IMG/VR virus record: IMGVR_UViG_3300002920_000013
Location: 1-62,915 of that record
Reading direction: 5' to 3' (one strand)
Origin: a virus
Lineage: Duplodnaviria > Caudoviricetes
Length of the DNA: 62,915 bases
The translations under genes were made by a program, and so were the position numbers. Of the stretch, positions 46,887-58,400 are shown piece by piece. The notes beneath the pieces were generated by a model. It searched no databases. It had not been told where the DNA came from and was given only the letters and a program-made list of their open reading frames with translations. Each line of letters begins with the position of its first letter. Position 1 is the stretch's first letter.

Positions 46887-49028
46887 ATGATAGCTCCTTT
46901 AATAAAACCTATTTCTTTGGAAGGTGGAACTTTTTATACATTTTCAAGTGCTTCTGAGGATTTAGGATTAAGTTTTTCGGATTCTTCTAATAAATTTAGA
47001 TTTTCAAAATATGTTCTTTTAAATATACCAAATATAGGAAATCCAGGAGAAAAATATAAAAATTTAATAAATTTTTCAAATCCTTCAGGAGCATTTGGAC
47101 AAATAAATGGTTCAAAAACACAAAATGATTATCTTGCGGAATCATTTCAAAATTATTGTTTAAATCTTGAAGCTCTAATCACTTCAAGCAATGAATATGA
47201 TTCAAATCTCCCAAGCAATGTTTCAGAAAGGGTTTTCTGGAAATGGTTAAAAGAAATTGGTGCAATTAGATATAGAGAGGCTCTTATAGGCTCAGAATCC
47301 ATAAATACAGGTTTTTTTGTAGAAGAAAACGAAACGGATTCTTATCAAAGAGTAGTTCAACAAATAGGTGATATAAACATCATAAATAATGTAAAAAGAA
47401 ATTTAAATAATTTTACAGAAGTTTATATTTACATAAGTTCTAAAAGTGGGAGTACACCTGATATTTTATTTAAGACAAGAGAAGATGCAAATTATTCACC
47501 AAATAAATTTTGGACAAATACTCCTGCTAATCCTCTTGAAAATGAATTACTTTTTGGAAGAAAAACAACAACAATTCACCCTGCTGGATTAAGTATTCAC
47601 GCTCATTATGATAGTGATAATATTACTTTTTCAGTTCAGGACCCATTTGGAGACAATAGTGATTTTTATATTTTTAATAATTATACAAATTCATTCATTC
47701 CTGTCACAGACCCTGAATTTACTTGGTGGTTTGATACCCCACTTGCAAATACTTATTATACAGATAGAACTTTTGGTGATGTTAATAATGATATTCTAAA
47801 AATAGAAAGTCCTAATAAAGAAATACAATTTAAAAGGTCACGTCTTGATGGTGTAGAATTATGTTTTAATCCTGCTGAATATAAAAAAATGAATGACCTT
47901 GATATAAAAGAATTTGGTGAATTTAATGAATCTGTGTTTTCAAAAAATTTTAAATTTAATGCAGTTCTTATCTATTATGATTTATACAATCCTTTCACAA
48001 ATTCTGTACAGGCTACTAATCTTTTTGGTATATTATTTTTAGATAATGTTGACCCACATTCAAGCGGTGGTGGAGAGATTAAGAGACTTGACAAATATAA
48101 ATCTGATGAAAAAAATAATATAAATGGGAATAGTTATAGTTTTAAATTAAATCTTAAATTTGATATAAACACACAAGATTCTGCGATTGAAACAATAATA
48201 AATGAATACAATCCATATTCTTTGGAATTGTATATGGAATCACTTAATCGTCTTTTTCAATCCGCAGATATAATGCAATCATCTATTGTACAAATAAACA
48301 ATCTTAAAATAGAGGTAGATAAATTAAGAAGTGCAATACATTCAATAGAAAATGTAAATGAAATTAGTGAAAAAATAAATAAAATAGAAAAAATATTAAA
48401 AGAAAATCAAAATATTATAAAAAATGAAAATAATATAATAAGAACAATAAATTTATTAAGAGATGAAATAAATCTTATCTATAATAACAAGACTTCCGTA
48501 AATATTCAATATAATACAGATGTTCTTGAAGCAGGAGATAACATAAAAATTTATAAAAATCTTAGCAATAATAAAATAGTAATAGAAAATTCTTTACAAA
48601 ACTATAACATAAAAAAACCGCTTTTAGATTTAAGTCTTGATTTTGTTCTTGAGCCAACAGAATATAAAAAAACTATTGAATTAAATAGTAGTTCTAATTA
48701 TTACAAAATAATAAATAATACAAACAATGGACCTTTTGAACTTGATAGAGATATTATTATTTACATAGATGATAAAAATGTATTTTGGAAAAAGGGACAA
48801 ACATTTAAAATTACATTCACAAAAGGTCTTAGATTGAAAAATGAAAATGGTGTATTTTTTATCTATTTTTTCACGGATTCAAAGGATAATCTTAAAACAG
48901 GTACACCATTTTCAAAAGAAATAGGAAGTATTTCATTTGTTGAATTTGAAGAAAATAATAATAAACCTATAATAGAAATTATTTGTATAGATGATGAAAA
49001 GATGGAATTTTTAATAGATGTATTCTAA
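46887..49028 (+). CDS. Putative virion structural protein
   Basis: GGTFYTFSSASED, ERVFWKWLKEIGAI and FNAVLIYYD...NLFGILFLD plus a coiled coil, in a late operon. Confidence 0.6.
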   Translation: MIAPLIKPISLEGGTFYTFSSASEDLGLSFSDSSNKFRFSKYVLLNIPNIGNPGEKYKNLINFSNPSGAFGQINGSKTQNDYLAESFQNYCLNLEALITSSNEYDSNLPSNVSERVFWKWLKEIGAIRYREALIGSESINTGFFVEENETDSYQRVVQQIGDINIINNVKRNLNNFTEVYIYISSKSGSTPDILFKTREDANYSPNKFWTNTPANPLENELLFGRKTTTIHPAGLSIHAHYDSDNITFSVQDPFGDNSDFYIFNNYTNSFIPVTDPEFTWWFDTPLANTYYTDRTFGDVNNDILKIESPNKEIQFKRSRLDGVELCFNPAEYKKMNDLDIKEFGEFNESVFSKNFKFNAVLIYYDLYNPFTNSVQATNLFGILFLDNVDPHSSGGGEIKRLDKYKSDEKNNINGNSYSFKLNLKFDINTQDSAIETIINEYNPYSLELYMESLNRLFQSADIMQSSIVQINNLKIEVDKLRSAIHSIENVNEISEKINKIEKILKENQNIIKNENNIIRTINLLRDEINLIYNNKTSVNIQYNTDVLEAGDNIKIYKNLSNNKIVIENSLQNYNIKKPLLDLSLDFVLEPTEYKKTIELNSSSNYYKIINNTNNGPFELDRDIIIYIDDKNVFWKKGQTFKITFTKGLRLKNENGVFFIYFFTDSKDNLKTGTPFSKEIGSISFVEFEENNNKPIIEIICIDDEKMEFLIDVF

Positions 49029-49044
49029 AAAAAACAATTAAAAA

Positions 49045-52000
49045 ATGAATTTATCCACAATTGTAGAAAAATTTATAAAATTACAAAATGATTCGCTAAC
49101 TCTTTTACAAGGATTAAGTAATTCAGTAATAAGTAATAATGATTCGGTTTCAGTTGATTTAGAAATAGATGGGGAGCTTCAAAAATTTCAAATACCATCA
49201 ATAGGTTATTTAAAGAGACAAATAGATGGAATTTTAAATAAAATTGATAATTTAACAGGAAAAAATGGACAAATAATGGGTCCAGATGGGAAATTCCTTC
49301 CTATTTTAAGAGAAAAAAATTTAGATGAACCTGAACCCATAAAAGAAGTATTAGTTCCTAAATATTTTTTTGTAGAAACAAATTGGTTTCTTGAAGATTT
49401 AATGATTCCTAAACTTAATGTTAAATTTGATATTTCAAATTATGTTCCACAAGAAGAATCAAAAATTTTTTACAAAAGAATAATAATTCCTGATGGAAAT
49501 GAACTTATAGAGAATAATTATCTAAATAAAAATCAAATAGATTATGAAGAATTTATAAAATTTTTAGAATTAAATAATATTAAACACGTTGTAGATGATA
49601 ATTACAAAGACCTCCCCTATTCTATTGTAAGATATAGTGGTGAATTCACAATTTTAAAAATAGAAATAAGAGGTGATAAATCTTGGTACAGATTAAATAC
49701 AAACAAATATAATGATAATGTTTCAAATATTAAAAATGGTGAAACTCTAAAAATAGGTGATGAACTAAAATTTAATGGTTCTATATTTAAAATTGATGAA
49801 ATAGATGAAGATTTTTATAGATTAACAATTATAAGAGGTACAGAATTCCCATATATTGGTGATAATCTTTCATTTAATAGTAAAATATCCTCTGTAAAAA
49901 CTTGCAATATAGCAATTCAACCTAATGAATATAATGTTATATTTTTTAAATCTATAAATGATGAAAGTAATATTATTTCAACTAAATTTTCAAAAGGTGT
50001 ATGTTTTAGAACAAATTCTTTAATAAATAGAGACACAAATGACACCCTTGAATTATTCTATAAAAATAATGTATTAGACCTTGGAAAATACCTTTTAGGT
50101 CTTTCAAAAGAAAAACCTGTTGCAAAATTAGATGCAATAAAGCCACTTCCTCCTATTTTAAATAAAGATAATTTTAAAATTGTTTTATTAAATGAACATA
50201 AATTAAATCAAGATGAAATCTTATCAATAGAAACAAAACAGAGAGATAAAATAAGATTGGAATCTGAAATAAAACAATTAAATATTGCAATAAAACAAAA
50301 AACCTTAGAATTAAATTCTACAAATTTTTCATCTGATACTGAAAAAAAATCAATAAAAAATCAATTAGATGAATTAGTAAGAGAATACAACATAAAAAGT
50401 TCACAATATTCTACAATAATAGAAGAATTAAATGTTTTAGCAACACAAAAACCTAAAGGACTTGATACACCTAAATATAGAATAAGAGGATTTTTTGAAA
50501 TTCCTAAACCTGTTCTTGGTGACACAGGAAATCAAAATGTTATACAATTTAAAATAGTTTATAGATATGTTTCACCCGCAGGAGAGAGCAAAAAAATAAA
50601 TCAATTAGAATTTATTGACAGCAACGGAAATAAAAGACAAGCAAATTTTAGTAACTGGAATGAAATTTTTACAAAAATAAGAAAAAAAGTTTATTCAAAT
50701 GAACTTGGTGTCTATATTTGGGAAAATGAAAATATAGAAGATGCAAATATAGTAAATATAAATCAAATTGATATTCCAATATCAAAAGGTGAAAAGGTTG
50801 AATTTTATGTAGTTGCAATAAGTGAAGCAGGGTGGCCCTTAAATCCTATGGAGAGCGACCCAAGTGAAATAATTAGTATAGAATTTCCTGACAATTTAAA
50901 TACAGAAAACGTTGCAGAGAATGCACTGGAACAATCAAAAGAAGAAAAATTGCTCTTAAAATTACAAAGAGATTTATCTTCAAGAGGACTTGATGAACAT
51001 TTAAGTGATTCTTTTAATACAAAAGAAAAATATTTTGCACACACATCTGAAAATATATCAAGTGGATTTTTTACACCTGAAGGAAATGTAATAAGTCTTT
51101 ATGAAAAACTTAAAGAATTGCAATTAAAAATAATAGATTTAGAAAATAGATTAAATAAAACATTTACACCTATTAAAGTCTTTATTATAGATGAAAAAAA
51201 TAATTCTAAAATAGAAGTAAAAAATGGGGACACAATAAATCTTTTTGCAGGTTACTATAAAGATTTAGTACAATTATTGCCTCCTTCTGCAAGAAGAGGT
51301 GCAATAATAAACTCTATTTGGAAAATACAACTATTAAATGACCAATCTACACCTTTACAACTAATTGCAAGATTGCCAGGAGGAATACAAGAAAGACTCC
51401 CAGATTCAGATAGTCTTTCTGTTAATGATGCTGATTATAAAAATTATAGAAAATATGATAAAACACCAATTGTAAATACAAGCATTTCTAAAAAAGATAC
51501 AAATAATTCTAATCCTATTTGTTCATCTTTTTATCAATCAGGACAACTTAGGGGACAATTTTTATATTCAAGATATACAGATATTGGTCTTGTAAATAAC
51601 TTATATCAAGATGCTCCCTCAATTCCAGGAAGAAAATTATTACCTATACAAAAAAATATTGGGCAACAAGAACCTTGGGTTTGGAATTTTCTTAACATAA
51701 GTGCTGGTGATAGTCCTCAAGGAAACGGGTATCTTTCAAATTTTTGTATTCATATTCAACACCCTCTCCTAAATGAAATTGATAAACCCAGGAGTTTAGA
51801 TTCTCTACAAAAACCTAAAATTCAATTAGATAATTCAAGTAAACCTATAAGTGATGAATCAACAAGTGCTTTTATACATTCTTATGGTTTTAATGAACAA
51901 GGAAATATAAACAAACCTGCAAAACAATTAAGTTACAGAAATAATTGGGATAGTAGTTCTTATACATCAGGATCATTAATAATGCCAAATATAGAACATT

Positions 52001-52485
52001 TACCTGATAAATTTGGTTTTGTAGATAATGATAGATATTTAATAGGGAAGAACACTTGTGGCGCATATTTATATTTGGCACCAACACAAATAGATACAAT
52101 TATGGTAGACGGTGTTGACGCAAGAGCAAAAAGAGAAGTCTTCCCAGGTGAAAATAATTCTATAATAATTCCAGTAATTTTTCAATTTAGAATGACAGAT
52201 TATTTTGGGCCATCTATTATAGATGAAAATACACTTGGTGGGAATGGTATAATAGGAGGATATGATGAAAATGCAGTTTCAGAACCTAAAAATTTAACTT
52301 ATGTAAGAAGAATAGGTATTGATTTGTATCAATTAGATGCATCTGCATTCTCTTTTGATATACAAGTATCCGCTACATATCAAAAAGAATCAAGTGTTCA
52401 AATATTAGATGCCGCTATTCCGCCAAGAATAAAAAAATTAAATAATATTACTATTAAAAAATTAGATATTAAAAAAATATTTTAA
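49045..52485 (+). CDS. Large putative virion structural protein
   Basis: 1146 aa with two coiled coils and an Fn3/Ig-like segment (PKYRIRGFF...ISEAGWP). Confidence 0.6.
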   Translation: MNLSTIVEKFIKLQNDSLTLLQGLSNSVISNNDSVSVDLEIDGELQKFQIPSIGYLKRQIDGILNKIDNLTGKNGQIMGPDGKFLPILREKNLDEPEPIKEVLVPKYFFVETNWFLEDLMIPKLNVKFDISNYVPQEESKIFYKRIIIPDGNELIENNYLNKNQIDYEEFIKFLELNNIKHVVDDNYKDLPYSIVRYSGEFTILKIEIRGDKSWYRLNTNKYNDNVSNIKNGETLKIGDELKFNGSIFKIDEIDEDFYRLTIIRGTEFPYIGDNLSFNSKISSVKTCNIAIQPNEYNVIFFKSINDESNIISTKFSKGVCFRTNSLINRDTNDTLELFYKNNVLDLGKYLLGLSKEKPVAKLDAIKPLPPILNKDNFKIVLLNEHKLNQDEILSIETKQRDKIRLESEIKQLNIAIKQKTLELNSTNFSSDTEKKSIKNQLDELVREYNIKSSQYSTIIEELNVLATQKPKGLDTPKYRIRGFFEIPKPVLGDTGNQNVIQFKIVYRYVSPAGESKKINQLEFIDSNGNKRQANFSNWNEIFTKIRKKVYSNELGVYIWENENIEDANIVNINQIDIPISKGEKVEFYVVAISEAGWPLNPMESDPSEIISIEFPDNLNTENVAENALEQSKEEKLLLKLQRDLSSRGLDEHLSDSFNTKEKYFAHTSENISSGFFTPEGNVISLYEKLKELQLKIIDLENRLNKTFTPIKVFIIDEKNNSKIEVKNGDTINLFAGYYKDLVQLLPPSARRGAIINSIWKIQLLNDQSTPLQLIARLPGGIQERLPDSDSLSVNDADYKNYRKYDKTPIVNTSISKKDTNNSNPICSSFYQSGQLRGQFLYSRYTDIGLVNNLYQDAPSIPGRKLLPIQKNIGQQEPWVWNFLNISAGDSPQGNGYLSNFCIHIQHPLLNEIDKPRSLDSLQKPKIQLDNSSKPISDESTSAFIHSYGFNEQGNINKPAKQLSYRNNWDSSSYTSGSLIMPNIEHLPDKFGFVDNDRYLIGKNTCGAYLYLAPTQIDTIMVDGVDARAKREVFPGENNSIIIPVIFQFRMTDYFGPSIIDENTLGGNGIIGGYDENAVSEPKNLTYVRRIGIDLYQLDASAFSFDIQVSATYQKESSVQILDAAIPPRIKKLNNITIKKLDIKKIF

Positions 52486-52488
52486 AGA

Positions 52489-55400
52489 ATGTCTTTTTAT
52501 AAAATTGATTTTACAAGAGAACTTGTTCTTTATGGAAAAACTACAACTTGGATAAATCTTGGAAGAAATCCTGAGCACGATAATATTGATGTAGTTGGTG
52601 AAATAAAAAATCAAAAATTTGATATTTATGCAATAATTTATCCAAGCACAAGAACATTTAATCATTGGGGAACTTTTAAATTAGTAGATAAATTTCCTTC
52701 ACCTATAAGTAGTGAAACAAATAAATTTATATTAAAATTTGATAATACAAATAAATCTTGCTTAAATTCATTAAAAAGCGGTTTAATTATTAAAAATGCA
52801 TATAGATTATTTAATGATTCAGATAAAGATTTTATACCCATAGAACTTGAAATAAAAGATTATTATTATGAAGGAGATTATATTTATGTAAAAATAGAAA
52901 CAAATAGCAGTTATTTTGATGTTAATTCTTTAAATGGAATAGATGAGTATTTTCAAATAGGAGAATGGGATAATAATGATATTTTAAACTGGAAAATAAA
53001 TGGAAGAGATGTAAAAGATATTATAGATACCTTTTATTTATTAACAAATACATATAAAATAAACATTAAAAATTTATTTGATGGTAGAGAACATAATACT
53101 ACTACAACAATTGATTTGTTAAAAACAGGATTTTTTTCAAGAAAGCCAAAACCTGGTTGGATTAAAATCCCTTATGATTCTTTACAGAAGAATAAAGTTG
53201 TTCCAATAAGAATAGATTATGATGGTGAAAAAGATTCCCATTTATGTTTAAAATTTTTAATATTTAGAGTTCCAAAAGATAACTATGATAATCCGTATTT
53301 CCCAAATTCTTCAATTACACCTGTAAAATTATTAAATATAAGTTCATCATCTCCTCAACCTCCTGAATCTGGGAAACTTTTTGGTTTAAATACTCCTACA
53401 AATGGTGAAAAAAATCCTTTTATAGATTTTCAAGTTGTAGATTTTTTTGGATATAAAAATGAACAAAAAAATGTAGAATTAAAAACAAATAATTATCTAA
53501 ATAGAGAACAGCCATTATACGGGAATCTTTTAAGCAAATCTCTTTATAGAACAAATCCTAAATTAACAGGAAATGTAAAAATAACAATTGACAGTGATGA
53601 AAAAATTTGGTTAAATTCTTTTGATGCAAATAATGAACTATCTAAATCAAGATACAAAAAATTTAAAATAAAAGAGAATAGTTCTTATGCTCTTGATTTA
53701 ATGAATTTTTTTAAAAATACTCCTAAGGAAATAATTTTTAATCTTTATGAATTAGATAACAATTTTTCTTCAACAAAAAGAGAATTGTATAAAAAATATG
53801 ATAATTTTTATGTAATGGGTGCTGAACAACTAAAAAGTAAATATTATCCTGAACAATATAGTTATTTAGCACCACTTTGGGTTAATAAAATTTTACCTGA
53901 TTATTTTATTATTTTTAAAATAAATTCTACTAAAATATATGAAAATAGTCAAGAAAATTTTAATGATTTAATAAAAAATGGGAAAATATTAAAAGTTTTT
54001 AATTTAACAAAAGATTCAGAAATAGGAAAATATTTAAGAAATATACAAAAAAATGTTAAAAAGCCATTAGAAGTAAATTTTGAAGAAAATTCACCAACAT
54101 ATTGGTATGGTGCTGATATTATTCAAGGAACATATACAAAAAAAGCTGAATTTTTACACGATTACTATAAAAATGACCAAGCAATAATAGAATTTGAAAA
54201 ATATATGACTCTTGGATTTGAAAGAAATTCTATTATTTGCCCAAATATTTTAAATTTAGAATTCCTATTTGATGATAAAGAAGCAGAAGATTTTACAATT
54301 TCACAATACATAGGATTATATGTACTTGAAAATGAATTATGTAATTTTAATATTTCTATTGATAGTGAAAATATTGATAATAACCCAATAAAGAATAATT
54401 CTCAAATTTTAAATAATGATTACTATATTACAAACGAAAATGGAATAAGATTAAAAATTGAAAATTCTAATGAATATATTAGAAAAATTGAGGGAGAACT
54501 CCCACCCTCAAATATTCTATTAGATAATAGATTTTTTTATTTAAAAGATAAAGAATCTTTTTCAAGATTGATAGGAATTGAAAATGATACTTTAATAATT
54601 GATAAGAAAAAAATAAATCTAAAAAATTTCCTATCAATAGGAGACTTATCTTTTCAATCTTTTATAGATTACCGTGATGGGTTTGCAGTTCTTGAACTTC
54701 TTTTAGATGACATAGAAGAGGATAACGAAAATATCATAAAAGAAGGTGAAGAATTGGTTTTTTATGATTCAAGATTTATTGATGATAATAAAAATAATAC
54801 TTATACTCTTATTTTTAGTAAATTAGTTAGTTCAGACATAGAAATTCAAGTTTTTACAGGTCACACTGAATTATTAACAAGTATTTTTGTACAGCCAAAT
54901 GAAAATTTAAGTTTTCAAATAAATGTTCAAGATGCTAAAAAATATTCATTAAATTCATATATTTGGATAACAAATGGTGGTGAATACAAAATAATAGGTA
55001 TAGATTATGTTCATAATAAATTAGAGATTGAAAATACAGGAAATGCAATGGATGCTACTCCTGGAACTCTTGTAAATAATTTAAATCTAATATGTGTAAA
55101 TAAGCCATTTTTAAGAAAAACATTTTCATTAAGTTCTACAAATAATTATTTTTTAATAGACAATAGGTTTAAAATTTTATATGATACAATTCCTAACGTG
55201 TTGGACTCTTATATTATAGATGTTAAAGAAAATTATTACAATTTAACAAAATTAAATACTGCTTCATTAAATATTGATTTAGAATTAGAAAAAACTGAAA
55301 AAAATGCAAAATGGAAAATAATAGCAAATTCAAATGGCTTGCAACCTGGAGATTGGTGGGATTTTCCTGTTTATGACCCACAAGAAAATTCATACATAAA

Positions 55401-58400
55401 TGTTTTTTCACCTGAAGGTTCACCTGAACAAGTGGCACAAGCAATTGCAGGTTGCATAAATAGTTTTGAAAATATTCCTATTATTGCAAAAAATGAAAAT
55501 AGAAAAGTAAAATTAAGAACAAAAGAAGTTGGTGAAAAAGCAAATGCCATACAATTTGAAAGGATACCTGTAAAAAATAGTATAGCAAGGAATATTTCTA
55601 TTTTTGATTGGTGCAATGTTTCTATAAAAAAAGATTTAGAAATAAGTAATAATATAGAGAATACTATTCTGAATATAAAAATAAATGATAAATATGAATT
55701 CATAAATGATACAACCTATTATGTAAAATTTATTAAAACACCTACAAATGCTATTTTTTACATAAGAAAAAATGCAGATATTTCAAATCTTACTAATGCT
55801 GAAAATTCAGGAGAATTATTTATTGAATATACAAATTTTTTAAATTTAGAAAATTATCCATTTGTAATAGACACAAAAGATTATAGTCCTGGAACATATA
55901 GATGTGCATTTGTTTTTTCTTCAAAATTAAATAAACAAAATTTTATAGGTGGAAGCGACCATAAAAATAATTCATTTCTTATAGAAGAAGAAAAGGCAAA
56001 ACAAATATTTAATCTTAATTTTGTAAATAAAAAAATACTTAATATAAATAATAAATTATTAACACTTGAAAATACAGATGGGATAAGATTAGGAATGAAA
56101 CTTTATAGAAATGGTGTATATTTAAATTCTTGGGTGCAAAAAATATTAGGAAATACTATAAAAATATCAAATCCTATAAATGAATATGATAATGTAGATT
56201 TTTCAAAAAGTAATTTTATAGGTGAAGAAAAATATAATTTATGGGCAAAAACAAAAAAAGATTCATTTCATCATATAAAAAAATGGAATATTCAAGATTC
56301 ATTTTGTTATGTGTTTCCTGATTATGATTCAAATTCTTATATTTTGAATATTTCTGAATCCAAAGAATTAAATACAAATTATGATGATATTCTCTCTCTA
56401 TATGATATTTTTAGATTGAAACTTGGGATTTTTTCTATTTTTCCTATATCATATATTGATTTTGACCACTTTTCAAGTAATTATTCATATATTCCTGATA
56501 TTGAAATAAATAATTTTTATAGAAAAATATTTCTTAAAAAAGATACTTGGGAAGAAATAGAATTAAATGAAGATTATATTTTAGAAATTTCAGAAGAAAT
56601 AGATAACATAGAAGATATATTATTAAAATTTCAAATTTTTTCAGGAGAGGAATGGTTAGACCTTGACACAATACAATTGAAAAAATGTAAAAATAAAATT
56701 AGATTTAATACTTATTTTCCTCTATATTCTTATGACCCTCTTGAAAATCCTCATAGAAAAGAAAATCCTAATATAATATATGAAATTTTTGGTTTTGGAA
56801 ATTTTCAAAGAAATTTAACAACAAAAGATGAAAAAATTTTAAAAATTTATTCTATAAGAATAAAATATATTCCAAACTTAGTAAATATTGATAATGATAT
56901 AAAAGTTGTTTTATACAAAAATTATTTAGAAGATAAAGATATAAAAAATTTTACAGGTTTTAATTCTTTAAATGATATTATTACACAAGAAGATGAAATA
57001 GAAACTAAAAAACTTTTAGGTGAAGAAAAATTCATAGAAGCATTTAATTACAATAAAATAGACTCGGAATATTTTTATCTAAGGGAGCCATTTACAAAAG
57101 AATATTGTACATTATCTAAAACTACTCCTTGGATAACTAAATGGGTTTCAGATGGAACAGATGCAAGAGATAACAAATATAGATTGAATGTTTCAAAAGG
57201 ATTTGGCATAAATAATTTATCACCAAATTCAGAAATAAAAATACAATTGCCTGAATTATTTACGCACGAATTTTTCTATTTAGAAGGAATACCAAATTCT
57301 TCAAATGAGGAACTTATACTCTCTTCAAAAGGATATACATTTAGAAAATTGAATGAAAAAATAGGAGAAAAAACTTTTTATGAATATTTAAAAGAAGAGA
57401 ATTCGGAAATAGATTGGTTTTCAAAATTTTTTATAGTAGGAAGTCCTTTTTTAATTAAGAATAAAAATGTAATAAAATCAAGAGAGGAAAAATATACATT
57501 TTTAAATAAATTATATGATAATGCATATGAAACTATATTTAGAGGTGTAAAAATAAGATTTTTTTCTGAAAAAAATTTAGAAGATTATAGGTTCTCCTCA
57601 GTGATGAGATTTATTGAAGAAGAACCCTATAAAAGTGCAAACCCAATAAATTTAGAATTCATTGTTAATCATAAACATAAATTTATATTAGTTTTATGTT
57701 CCATTTCACTTAATGATTATAGATTTAATAAATATCTTAATTTTTTAAGTCTATATTGTGCAAAAGATAATCTTAAATCTTGTTATCAAAAACAAGAAGA
57801 ATATAATTATAATCCTTTATCATTTACAGGATTAGAATTACATAGTAAAAGTCAAAATATTAAAGGAATTTATCCTTATGATGATTATGAATGGGATAAT
57901 GTTACAAATCAAGGAGCACAACAAAAGAATTATATGATTTTAAGACCAAGACAAGGATTGATGGGCTCTTCTTTTGTAGATATAAATGATATTAAAATTC
58001 CTTCTAAAATATATTTTGATATTAAAGATTTGGGTACTATTGTAAATATAATGATTCCCGATGAAATAAGATTTGAATTTGATATTAAACCTATTGAAGG
58101 AATTTATAAATTCAATCCTAATAAAGATGTGGTTCCTATAAAAAATTTGTATAGGAATTTAAGAAATAATATTTATAAATCTTTTGAAATAAATACGCTA
58201 TCATATAGTAATGATATTAGTTCATCTATAAATATATCAAAATACAATAATGTAATAGACACAAATTTTGATAAAGACGGGATTATTTTTGGATTAGTTA
58301 ATGTTTATCAAAGAATAGATAGTTCCACATCTGAAATTATTGAAAGAATACATTTATTTAGGCAATATTCAAAAGGAAATATACAAATTCTTCCAAATAA